From: an uncultured Bacteroidales bacterium
GTDB lineage: Bacteria > Bacteroidota > Bacteroidia > Bacteroidales > VadinHA17
NCBI GenBank assembly: GCA_963772705.1
Contig: CAVYYH010000005.1
Span: 218,939 to 282,938 of the forward strand
Length of the DNA stretch: 64,000 nt
Reading direction: 5' to 3'
The notes under the pieces are model-generated. The model did no database searches and had not been told where the DNA came from. It worked only from the letters and a program-made list of their open reading frames with translations. The first letter of the stretch is position 1. The number at the start of each line of letters is the position of its first letter. Below are positions 28,474 to 36,926 of this stretch, one piece after another. The position numbers and the translations under genes were made by a program.

Positions 28474-30416
28474 TACTCTGCTTCACCCTGATGCTGGTAT
28501 TTGCGGAGCATGATATTCTGTGCCAGGAAGAACTTGGTGCTGTGGTCGAGTCTGCTGGTGAGATAATGGCTCTGAGTGAGGATTACGAATCTGCCGTTGT
28601 CCTTGAAAAGCTGGCGGAACTGTCAGAAAGGCCTGTGCTCATCAACAGCGGTGACGAGAATGAGATTGCCCGCCTCTTCTTCCTGACGGAGTTTCAGGTC
28701 AGGGTGCTTATTGACCATACAAGGCGCAACGGGAGTGTTGCATCGATCTACGAGCTGGCACTCCTGCCTGCCTTTGACCGCAGTCTGGTCATGCTTATGG
28801 AACCATATATAAACCTTAGTCCTGCACCCGTCAATGACCAATACCATGCGGGGAAGACGACAATAACACTGACTGCCGCAACACGCACATCTGATCGGGA
28901 TGAAGATAATGCCGGTACAAGGACCCTGCTTCGTCTGAGGCATGAAGGCACTGCCTTAAGCTACGGGTTGACAGCGGAGAATGATCCGGGTGAGCCCATC
29001 ACTTTCCGCGGAGCATGGGGCGCTGATTTTCTTTCTGGCCATGTGATGTATAACAGAAGCGGACTGTTAAGACGTGTCATCATAGGTGATTATTCGCTCA
29101 GATTTGGTGAGGGACTGGTTTTCAATGCCGGTAACTGGCAGGGGGCCTGGCTCAGCGCTCCCTCATTCATGACGGGAAGGATGGCTGTAGCGCCCTATAC
29201 GTCGACTGAAGAAAACCGTTTCCTGCGCGGTGCAGCCTGTCTGTTCGGCAGCATGACAGCCGGAGCTGTCTTCTTCGGATCGGTAAACATGACAGACGCG
29301 AGGATCATACTTGACACTGACAGCAATGCAGTTGCCGTGAGCAACCTGGTTAATGGCGGCGTTCATGTCGGCAACTCATCGCTTGAGGCCCGCAACAGTC
29401 TGACAGAGAGCATCTTTGGTATGCATCTGACCCTTAGCGGGGAGAAGGTAAGAGGGGGAATAACCTCATCTGCCGCATGGTTCTCCCTGCCATTCAGACC
29501 TGACATGTCAAAGCCATGGAATATCAACTCTTTTGCCGGCAGCAGGCTCGTGAACCTCTCTTTCGATATCAAGGCCGGCACCGGTCCGCTGCTCTTCTTT
29601 GCTGAGGCGGCATGCAGCTACCCCGGGTCATGGGCTGCCATCGGCGGGTGGCGTGCCAAACCTTCTGGCAGGCTGACGCTGAATATGATGGCAAGACATT
29701 TCTCTGCCGGCTATCATTCCTTTCATTTCGGGGCTTTCAGGGCAGGCAGCGGATCATCAGGCGAGACAGGTATGGCTGCCTCACTCCACCTTGAAGCAGC
29801 CCGCCATCTCTTTGTTAGTGCCGGGGCAGACCATTACCGGATACCGGGGCCCCGTTACCGGTCTTCATCATCTTCATACGGAAACAGGATTGAGGTAAAA
29901 GGTGAATATCTTCCATCCGACGACCTCTCCTTCAGGCTGACATATACCTTTTTTTCAAGAGAATATGATCTGCCTGTAAATACAGGGGTGTCTGATTCGC
30001 AAGTCTCAGGCAGGAGGGGGATATCGATGATGTTTTCATTTGATCCAACAGACTGGATACATCTTGCCACCCGGGCCTCGGCATGCAGCACAGCTCCGTC
30101 AGGAGAGAATGGGTATATGCTATGTCAGGATCTGTCATTTACTCCGCGGGCGCTGCCGGTGACAGTCTGGCTCAGGTATGCCCTGTGCACCAGCGACGGT
30201 TACGACAGCCGCCTTTATGCCTGGGAGAATGATCTGCACTCTTACTTCAGCATCCCGGCACTCTACGGCGAATGCAGCCGGTCATACGTCATGGTCTCGT
30301 GGAAGCCTGTGGACGGGGTGGAGCTGAGGGGGAAGTATGTGATCACCACAACGGGTCCGGAATTTTCCGGCGCTGCGAAGCAGGAGTTCAGGATTCAGGG
30401 CAGGATTGTTTTTTAG
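28446..30416 (+). CDS. large outer-membrane protein with N-terminal ComEA-like helix-hairpin-helix module
   Basis: Signal peptide. 'INSGDENEIARLFFLTEFQVRVLIDHTRRNGSVASIYELALLPAF' follows the ComEA HhH pattern. About 520 aa are beta-rich and end in '...RIVF', an aromatic C-terminus. Confidence 0.55.
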   Translation: MDHRRERGLILCFTLMLVFAEHDILCQEELGAVVESAGEIMALSEDYESAVVLEKLAELSERPVLINSGDENEIARLFFLTEFQVRVLIDHTRRNGSVASIYELALLPAFDRSLVMLMEPYINLSPAPVNDQYHAGKTTITLTAATRTSDRDEDNAGTRTLLRLRHEGTALSYGLTAENDPGEPITFRGAWGADFLSGHVMYNRSGLLRRVIIGDYSLRFGEGLVFNAGNWQGAWLSAPSFMTGRMAVAPYTSTEENRFLRGAACLFGSMTAGAVFFGSVNMTDARIILDTDSNAVAVSNLVNGGVHVGNSSLEARNSLTESIFGMHLTLSGEKVRGGITSSAAWFSLPFRPDMSKPWNINSFAGSRLVNLSFDIKAGTGPLLFFAEAACSYPGSWAAIGGWRAKPSGRLTLNMMARHFSAGYHSFHFGAFRAGSGSSGETGMAASLHLEAARHLFVSAGADHYRIPGPRYRSSSSSYGNRIEVKGEYLPSDDLSFRLTYTFFSREYDLPVNTGVSDSQVSGRRGISMMFSFDPTDWIHLATRASACSTAPSGENGYMLCQDLSFTPRALPVTVWLRYALCTSDGYDSRLYAWENDLHSYFSIPALYGECSRSYVMVSWKPVDGVELRGKYVITTTGPEFSGAAKQEFRIQGRIVF

Positions 30417-30417
30417 C

Positions 30418-30427
30418 TAGGCAGGAG
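30418..30427. repeat. left arm of a perfect 10-bp inverted repeat (TAGGCAGGAG)
   Basis: Its reverse complement CTCCTGCCTA is at 30924-30933. Both arms are embedded in GCAGGAG/GCAGTAG-type short repeats. Confidence 0.7.
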
Positions 30428-30470
30428 CAAGAGGCAGCAGGCGAAGGGCTGATCATGTAATAACAATTGG

Positions 30471-30790
30471 ATGGACATGAACAGAATTCATTCGAAACTG
30501 TTAGAATCAAAAAGATGTATGGAATGGTTAAAGATGTATGAATATGCAAACGTGGAAAGACAGCATAGAGATCTGAGACGCTTTTGGCAGCTGATCCGGC
30601 CGATGAAAGAAGGTATTTCAAGTTTGCAGAGCAGCTGCGTACTACTGCAATGAGCATTACAAACAATATTGCAGAAGGCTACGGCCGTTTTCATACACGG
30701 AGTATATGCGAGGTTCCTCCAGTATAGCAGAAGGTCAGCTTTTAAATGTACCAATATACTGTGCCTCTATAATCGACCAGCGAGCTAATT
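30471..30790 (+). pseudogene. degraded four-helix-bundle protein gene (23S rRNA intervening-sequence protein family)
   Basis: Three frames together give 'SKRCMEWLKMYEYAN', then 'ERRYFKFAEQLRTTAMSITNNIAEGYGRFHT', then 'FLQYSRRSAFKCTNILCL'. The 'NIAEGxGR' core is diagnostic. There are at least 2 frame breaks and internal stops. Confidence 0.5.
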
Positions 30791-30923
30791 GATGATATAA
30801 CCTGACAGGATCATCTTACGAGACTTGCAATTGTGAAGAAGATGAGGAAAAATTAATGTCTAATAGCAGACTCTCTTAGGGTAGACAAAAGTGTAAATTA
30901 CCGCTACTGTCTTTACTTTTTGC

Positions 30924-30933
30924 CTCCTGCCTA
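30924..30933. repeat. right arm of the 10-bp inverted repeat (CTCCTGCCTA)
   Basis: See 30418-30427. Confidence 0.7.
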
Positions 30934-30944
30934 CTGCCTTGAGA

Positions 30945-31451
30945 CTAGTTCGTCTTATACTTATACCGCACTGCACCCAGCTCCTCATTGGCCTTGACAA
31001 TCTTTTGCTTCAGCCCCTCCTTGAAGCTTATGGTCTTCTGCATCAGGTCAGGGTCTCCTGTGGCCAGCATCTGTGCTGCAAGAATTCCTGCATTCATGGC
31101 GCCGTCAATAGCCACGGTGGCAACCGGGATCCCGGGAGGCATCTGCACAATGGCTAGCAGTGCATCCAGACCATCCAGAGATGCCATGATGGGAACACCT
31201 ATCACAGGGATGGGGGTCATGGCAGCAATGACACCCGGGAGATGAGCTGCCATACCTGCACCGGCAATGATCACCTTTATGCCCCTGCCGGCAGCTCCGC
31301 GTGCAAACTTCTCTACCTCACCAGGAGTGCGATGTGCTGAGAGAGCGTTCATCTCAAAAGGGATCTCCATCCCCTCAAGTATCTCCGCGGCCTTTTCCAT
31401 TACCCTGAGGTCTGAGGTGCTTCCCATAATAATGCTTATCAGTGGCTTCAT
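30945..31451 (-). CDS. purE: 5-(carboxyamino)imidazole ribonucleotide mutase
   Basis: 'IIMGSTSDL', 'AHRTP', '[13 protein letters not shown]'. Start chosen at 'MKPLISII'. Confidence 0.92.
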   Translation of the reverse strand: MKPLISIIMGSTSDLRVMEKAAEILEGMEIPFEMNALSAHRTPGEVEKFARGAAGRGIKVIIAGAGMAAHLPGVIAAMTPIPVIGVPIMASLDGLDALLAIVQMPPGIPVATVAIDGAMNAGILAAQMLATGDPDLMQKTISFKEGLKQKIVKANEELGAVRYKYKTN

Positions 31452-31534
31452 GTCTTCTTTTTTATAGTTATCCTTGATACTGAGGCAAAAATAAACTTTA
31501 AATTTATAATTTCGCACCATCAACCAATAAGACA

Positions 31535-32071
31535 ATGCAGGAGATAAAAGTTCTTGACAGGAAGTTCTCGGTATACCTCACCGAAGATGAGATACAGAGC
31601 CGCATCACAGCACTGGCAGAAAAGATCAATGACGATCTGAAAGGACGCGATGTTCTTTTCTTCGGAATACTTAACGGTGCATTTCTGTTTGCAGCTGATC
31701 TCTTCAGGCAGATAACACTCGACGCACAGATATCCTTTATCAAGCTGGCCTCATATGACGGCACGTCGAGCTCGGGGAAGATCAAGGAGCTGATAGGATG
31801 GAATGAAGACATCACAGGCAAGACGGTAGTGGTGCTTGAGGATATAGTTGACACGGGCAGCACGCTGGAGAGAATCATTGGAGAGCTGACTCTCAGGAAA
31901 GCCGTCGAGGTCAAGATATGCACACTGCTCTTCAAGCCGGAAGCTTACCTTAAAGATATACCTATTGATTATATAGGTTTTGAGATACCAAACAGCTTTG
32001 TAGTGGGATACGGGCTCGATTATGACGGTTACGGGCGTAATCTGAATGCTATTTATAAACTCATAAAGTAA
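31535..32071 (+). CDS. hpt: hypoxanthine phosphoribosyltransferase
   Basis: PRPP motif 'VVVLEDIVDTGSTL'. Confidence 0.9.
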   Translation: MQEIKVLDRKFSVYLTEDEIQSRITALAEKINDDLKGRDVLFFGILNGAFLFAADLFRQITLDAQISFIKLASYDGTSSSGKIKELIGWNEDITGKTVVVLEDIVDTGSTLERIIGELTLRKAVEVKICTLLFKPEAYLKDIPIDYIGFEIPNSFVVGYGLDYDGYGRNLNAIYKLIK

Positions 32072-32078
32072 TTTCAAC

Positions 32079-32654
32079 ATGATCAATGTTCTTATGTTCG
32101 GTCCTCCCGGCTCCGGGAAAGGGACGCAGTCAGTGACCCTTGCAGAGAAGTATAACCTGCTGCATCTTTCAACAGGAGATATGCTCAGGGCTGAGCTTGC
32201 CGCAAACACCGACCTTGGCAGGAAGATGGCTGCCATCATGGCATCAGGTGAACTGGTGCCTGATGAGGTGGTGATAGATATGATAGCACACAAGATTGAC
32301 GCCACCACCGGCAAGGCAGGATTCATCTTTGACGGTTTCCCCCGGACAGTGCAGCAGGCAGAGGCACTTCAGTCTATGCTTGAGAAGCGCAAAATGAAGA
32401 TTGACATGATGCTTGTCCTCGAGGTAGGCGACGCAGAGCTGACTGACCGTATGAAGAAAAGAGCTCTCATATCAGGACGGGCTGATGATGCTGATGAGGC
32501 GGTGATCAATAACCGCATTGCTGTTTACCGCGCAAAAACAGAACCGGTGATTGAATACGGTCGCAGTGCAGGAGTATGCCATCAGGTTGACGGTGTCGGA
32601 TCAATTGAAGATATTTTCGGCAGGCTGTGCAACCATATTGAAACTATAATCTGA
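32079..32654 (+). CDS. adk: adenylate kinase (short type, no zinc lid)
   Basis: P-loop 'GPPGSGKGTQ', 'LSTGDMLR', 'FDGFPRT'. Confidence 0.93.
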   Translation: MINVLMFGPPGSGKGTQSVTLAEKYNLLHLSTGDMLRAELAANTDLGRKMAAIMASGELVPDEVVIDMIAHKIDATTGKAGFIFDGFPRTVQQAEALQSMLEKRKMKIDMMLVLEVGDAELTDRMKKRALISGRADDADEAVINNRIAVYRAKTEPVIEYGRSAGVCHQVDGVGSIEDIFGRLCNHIETII

Positions 32655-32657
32655 ATA

Positions 32658-33650
32658 ATGGCAGAGACAAACTTCGTTGACTACGTAAAGATATTCGGAC
32701 GCTCAGGGAAAGGGGGCGCGGGCTCTACACACCTGCACCGCGACAAGCTGAATTCCAAGGGAGGCCCTGACGGTGGTGACGGAGGAAGGGGAGGGAACGT
32801 ATACCTTAAAGGTGATGCACAGCTCTGGACACTGCTCCATCTTAAGTACAGAAAACACATATTCGCAGGTGACGGCGGCGTGGGCTCAGCAAACAACAAG
32901 ACAGGAGCCGACGGAGAAGATGTCACGATAGAGGTGCCACTCGGTACTGTCGCCAGGGACGCTGAGACCAACGAGATGCTTTTTGAAATAACGGGCGACG
33001 GAGAGAGGAAGATCCTGGTCAAAGGCGGTCGCGGCGGGCTAGGCAACACCCACTTCAAATCAGCAACATTCCAGACACCCCGCTTTGCACAACCGGGCGA
33101 ACCCTCCGTTGAAGGATGGTTCATACTGGAACTGAAGGTCCTTGCCGATGTCGGACTGGTAGGATTTCCGAATGCGGGCAAATCGACGTTGCTGTCGGTC
33201 GTGAGTGCTGCCAAACCCAGGATTGACAACTATCCTTTCACAACCCTTACCCCTAACCTTGGGATTGTAAGCTATCGTGATGACAGATCATTTGTCATGG
33301 CTGACATCCCCGGAATAATTGAAGGGGCAGCCGAGGGAAAGGGGCTGGGACACAGGTTCCTCAGACACATTGAGAGAAACTCCGCACTTCTCTTTATGAT
33401 CCCTGCTGACGCCGGCGACATAAAAAAGGAATACCAGATACTCATCGAGGAACTCAGGAAGTATAATCCCGAACTTCTCGACAAGAACAGGGTCATGGCA
33501 ATTACAAAAAGCGACCTGCTTGATGAGGAGCTGACCGATGCCATCAGGCCATTACTGCCTGATGACCTCCCGGTAGTATTTATCTCATCAATAGCAGGAA
33601 CAGGCATCACTGCACTGAAAGATCTCCTCTGGAGGGCAATAACCGGATAG
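32658..33650 (+). CDS. obgE: GTPase Obg/CgtA
   Basis: Gly-rich Obg fold '[11 protein letters not shown]', G1 'GFPNAGKST', G3 'DIPG', G4 'TKSD'. Confidence 0.93.
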   Translation: MAETNFVDYVKIFGRSGKGGAGSTHLHRDKLNSKGGPDGGDGGRGGNVYLKGDAQLWTLLHLKYRKHIFAGDGGVGSANNKTGADGEDVTIEVPLGTVARDAETNEMLFEITGDGERKILVKGGRGGLGNTHFKSATFQTPRFAQPGEPSVEGWFILELKVLADVGLVGFPNAGKSTLLSVVSAAKPRIDNYPFTTLTPNLGIVSYRDDRSFVMADIPGIIEGAAEGKGLGHRFLRHIERNSALLFMIPADAGDIKKEYQILIEELRKYNPELLDKNRVMAITKSDLLDEELTDAIRPLLPDDLPVVFISSIAGTGITALKDLLWRAITG

Positions 33651-33652
33651 CA

Positions 33653-34210
33653 ATGATTGAGATTGACAAAGACATTTTCCTTTTTCTGAATTCCATACAT
33701 TCGCCCTTCTTTGATGAGGTCATGCGTACATTAAGCCTCAGAACAGTATGGATACCTCTCTATATTTTCATTGCATATTTGCTGGCAGTAAAATATAAAA
33801 AGAAGGTATGGCTGATCCTTCTATTTGCTGCACTGCTTATTACGCTCACAGACCAGGCCACGAATCTTATGAAGAATTTTTTTGAGCGACCCAGGCCCTG
33901 CCATGAGCCTTCACTTGCCGGGCTGGTTCATACGGTGGGCGGCAGGTGCGGCGGGATGTACGGATTTGTTTCGGCACATGCTGCCAATACCTTCGGTGTT
34001 GCTTCATTGACTGCTCCTCTGATCAGGAGGAAGTGGTTTACATGGACTATCTTCACATGGGCAGCGCTTGTCTCCTACTCGCGTATTTACCTGGGAGTTC
34101 ATTATCCCGGCGATGTTCTTGGTGGAGCTCTTCTTGGTTTTGCAGCAGGATCAGCTTTTGCATACGCCTTTGTAAAAACTGAAAAAATGATTGAATCATG
34201 GACGAAATAA
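33653..34210 (+). CDS. PAP2-family phosphatase (undecaprenyl/lipid phosphate phosphatase-like)
   Basis: 'FERPRP', 'SAHAAN', 'SRIYLGVHYPGDV'; polytopic. Confidence 0.8.
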   Translation: MIEIDKDIFLFLNSIHSPFFDEVMRTLSLRTVWIPLYIFIAYLLAVKYKKKVWLILLFAALLITLTDQATNLMKNFFERPRPCHEPSLAGLVHTVGGRCGGMYGFVSAHAANTFGVASLTAPLIRRKWFTWTIFTWAALVSYSRIYLGVHYPGDVLGGALLGFAAGSAFAYAFVKTEKMIESWTK

Positions 34211-34947
34211 AGTCACTGTGGGTATGGGTCTCCAGCCTCATCTTCGTGATGATCGGATTCCCGGTGGCACTGCTGCTGTGGCTTCTGTCGCTGCCGTTTG
34301 ACAGGCGCAGGCTGATGAACAACAGATGGATGGTCATCCAGGGAATTATCCTTACAAAGATGAACTTCTTCTGGAAGGTCATTGTCGAGGGAAAGGAGAA
34401 GATAGATCAGAAACAGGCTTACGTAATTGTTCCGAACCATCAGTCAATGCTTGACATCGTTATCTTCAACATGCTGCATCACAGACTCCGGTGGATCTCA
34501 AAGATCGAGGTATTCAAGATACCTGTCCTGGGGTGGGAGATGAGAATGGTAAAGTATATTGAGCTTGAGAGAGGTAACAAGCACAGTGTCGTAAGGATGA
34601 TGGAGAAGTGCATCAGCTCATTGCGTGAAGGCATATCCATCGTTATCTTCCCCGAAGGGACAAGGTCTCTCACGGGAGCCATCGGCAGATTCAAGACGGG
34701 TGCATTCCAGCTCGCATTGAAGACAGACAAGCCTCTGCTCCCTGTTCTTATAGATGGCACCGGAGATGTTCTTCCTAAGAACGGACTCACATTCCGGATC
34801 AATAAAGTTATCAGGATAAAGGTACTGGATCCTATATTCCCCGGTCAGTTTGGCACAGGCGACCCTGAAGAGCTTGCCGCCAGGGTAAACTCACTCATGA
34901 GAGAGGCCATGGATGAGTTGAGAAGCAGTCCTGACTATCAGAAATAA
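34198..34947 (+). CDS. plsC: 1-acyl-sn-glycerol-3-phosphate acyltransferase
   Basis: HX4D 'NHQSMLD' and 'FPEGTRS'. Confidence 0.85.
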   Translation: MDEIKSLWVWVSSLIFVMIGFPVALLLWLLSLPFDRRRLMNNRWMVIQGIILTKMNFFWKVIVEGKEKIDQKQAYVIVPNHQSMLDIVIFNMLHHRLRWISKIEVFKIPVLGWEMRMVKYIELERGNKHSVVRMMEKCISSLREGISIVIFPEGTRSLTGAIGRFKTGAFQLALKTDKPLLPVLIDGTGDVLPKNGLTFRINKVIRIKVLDPIFPGQFGTGDPEELAARVNSLMREAMDELRSSPDYQK

Positions 34948-35035
34948 CCCTTCCTTAATCACTGTAACTGTCTGACCGGGTGAAAATTCACCATGGTTGT
35001 TGATAAATCGGCACTGCGAGCCTCTCCTAAATCTT

Positions 35036-35043
35036 TATATTTG
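35036..35043 (+). promoter_or_regulatory. candidate -7 box TATATTTG upstream of parE
   Basis: Matches TAnnTTTG and ends 16 nt before the 35060 ATG. No clean -33 element. Confidence 0.3.
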
Positions 35044-35059
35044 CCCAAAATTTGGTATA

Positions 35060-36907
35060 ATGTCAGGAACCTATTCCGAAGAGAACATCAGAACCCTTGA
35101 GTGGAAGGAGCATATCAGGCTGAGGCCCGGTATGTACATCGGCAAGCTGGGTGACGGCTCCTCTCTTGATGATGGCATTTATGTCCTGCTTAAGGAGGTG
35201 ATGGATAACGCGGTTGATGAGTATATGATGGGTTACGGCCGCAAGATTGACGTGAGCATTAACGGGAGGGAGGTAAGAGTCCGCGACTTCGGACGGGGCA
35301 TACCTCTCGGTAAGGTGCTTGACGCTACCTCCAAAATGAATACGGGGGCAAAGTATGATTCCAAGGCATTCAAAAAATCTGTAGGGCTTAACGGCGTGGG
35401 TATCAAAGCCGTAAACGCACTTTCATCATCCTTCATATTAAAATCATTTCGTGAGGGTCAGGTGAAGGAGATTGAGTTCCATGCCGGTGAGGTTGTCAGA
35501 GATGAGCCGCTGAGAGGAGCAAAAGAGGATAACGGTACTGAGGTGACCTTCATCCCTGACGAGGCTATGTTCGGTAATTACCATTACATCTCTGAGTATG
35601 TTGAGAGTATGCTGAAGAACTACTCTTACCTCAATGCAGGGATGGTGATCAACTTCAACGGAAACAGAATCATCTCCAAAAACGGCCTGGTAGACCTGTT
35701 GAATGACAACATGAACCGTGAGGGACTCTACCCGATAATACATCTTAAGGGGGAGGATATCGAGATAGCTGTAACACACGGGTTTCAGTACGGAGAGGAC
35801 TATTACAGTTTTGTGAACGGTCAGCATACCTCTCAGGGGGGAACACACCTGACAGCGTTTCGCGAGGCAATAGTAAAAACGATAAGGGAGTTCTATAAAA
35901 AGGATTTTGATCCATCCGACATCCGGTCATCTGTCATTGCAGCGGTGTCGGTCAAGATTGAGGAACCAATCTTTGAGTCGCAGACAAAAACAAAGCTGGG
36001 ATCAAAGGATATGGGCCCTGAAGGCCCTTCGGTCCGTAACTTTATTGTCGAATTTGTACGGAAGAACCTTGACGATTTTCTTCATAAGAATGGCGAGACG
36101 GCACGCATCCTGCTGAAGAAGATACAGGAATCGGAGAAGGAGCGGAAAGCGATAAGCTCTATCCAGAAGCTGGCACGTGACAGGGCAAAGAAGGTCAGTC
36201 TTCACAACCGCAAGCTGCGCGACTGCCGAATACATTATAACTCGAACGATGAGCGGCGCCTGGAATCGACCATCTTTATTACCGAAGGTGACTCGGCAAG
36301 CGGGTCAATAACCAAATCGCGCGATGTGGAGACACAGGCAGTATTCAGCCTGAGAGGGAAGCCCCTGAACAGCTACGGCCTCACGAAGAAGATAGTTTAT
36401 GAAAACGAGGAGTTTAACCTGCTTCAGGCAGCCTTGAATATAGAGGAGTCTGTGGAAGACCTTCGATATAACAATGTCGTTGTAGCCACTGACGCAGACG
36501 TTGACGGAATGCATATCCGTTTGCTTTTGCTGACATTCTTCCTCCAGTTCTTTCCTGATCTGGTAAGAAAGGGACATGTGTATATCCTTCAGACACCTCT
36601 TTTCAGGGTTAGGAACAAAAAGGAGACCCGTTATTGTTACAGTGATGAGGAGAGGCAAAAGGCAATCAGGGACCTGGGGCCTGACCCTGAGATAACACGT
36701 TTCAAGGGGCTTGGCGAGATCTCTCCGGATGAGTTCGGACATTTCATCGGAAGAGATATCAGGCTTGAGCCTGTCATAATGAGGAGGGCGGATCCTTATA
36801 CCCAGTTTCTTGAGTTCTTTATGGGCAAGAACACCCCTGAGAGGCAGGACTTTATCATTGATAACCTGAGGGTAGAGGAGGAGATCCCCGAAGCTGTCAA
36901 GGGGTGA
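35060..36907 (+). CDS. parE: DNA topoisomerase IV subunit B
   Basis: GHKL 'EVMDNAVDE', 'GLNGVG', Toprim 'EGDSASG', '[11 protein letters not shown]'. Short form, adjacent to the A subunit. Confidence 0.85.
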   Translation: MSGTYSEENIRTLEWKEHIRLRPGMYIGKLGDGSSLDDGIYVLLKEVMDNAVDEYMMGYGRKIDVSINGREVRVRDFGRGIPLGKVLDATSKMNTGAKYDSKAFKKSVGLNGVGIKAVNALSSSFILKSFREGQVKEIEFHAGEVVRDEPLRGAKEDNGTEVTFIPDEAMFGNYHYISEYVESMLKNYSYLNAGMVINFNGNRIISKNGLVDLLNDNMNREGLYPIIHLKGEDIEIAVTHGFQYGEDYYSFVNGQHTSQGGTHLTAFREAIVKTIREFYKKDFDPSDIRSSVIAAVSVKIEEPIFESQTKTKLGSKDMGPEGPSVRNFIVEFVRKNLDDFLHKNGETARILLKKIQESEKERKAISSIQKLARDRAKKVSLHNRKLRDCRIHYNSNDERRLESTIFITEGDSASGSITKSRDVETQAVFSLRGKPLNSYGLTKKIVYENEEFNLLQAALNIEESVEDLRYNNVVVATDADVDGMHIRLLLLTFFLQFFPDLVRKGHVYILQTPLFRVRNKKETRYCYSDEERQKAIRDLGPDPEITRFKGLGEISPDEFGHFIGRDIRLEPVIMRRADPYTQFLEFFMGKNTPERQDFIIDNLRVEEEIPEAVKG

Positions 36908-36926
36908 GAGGATATTGTTGAAGCAG

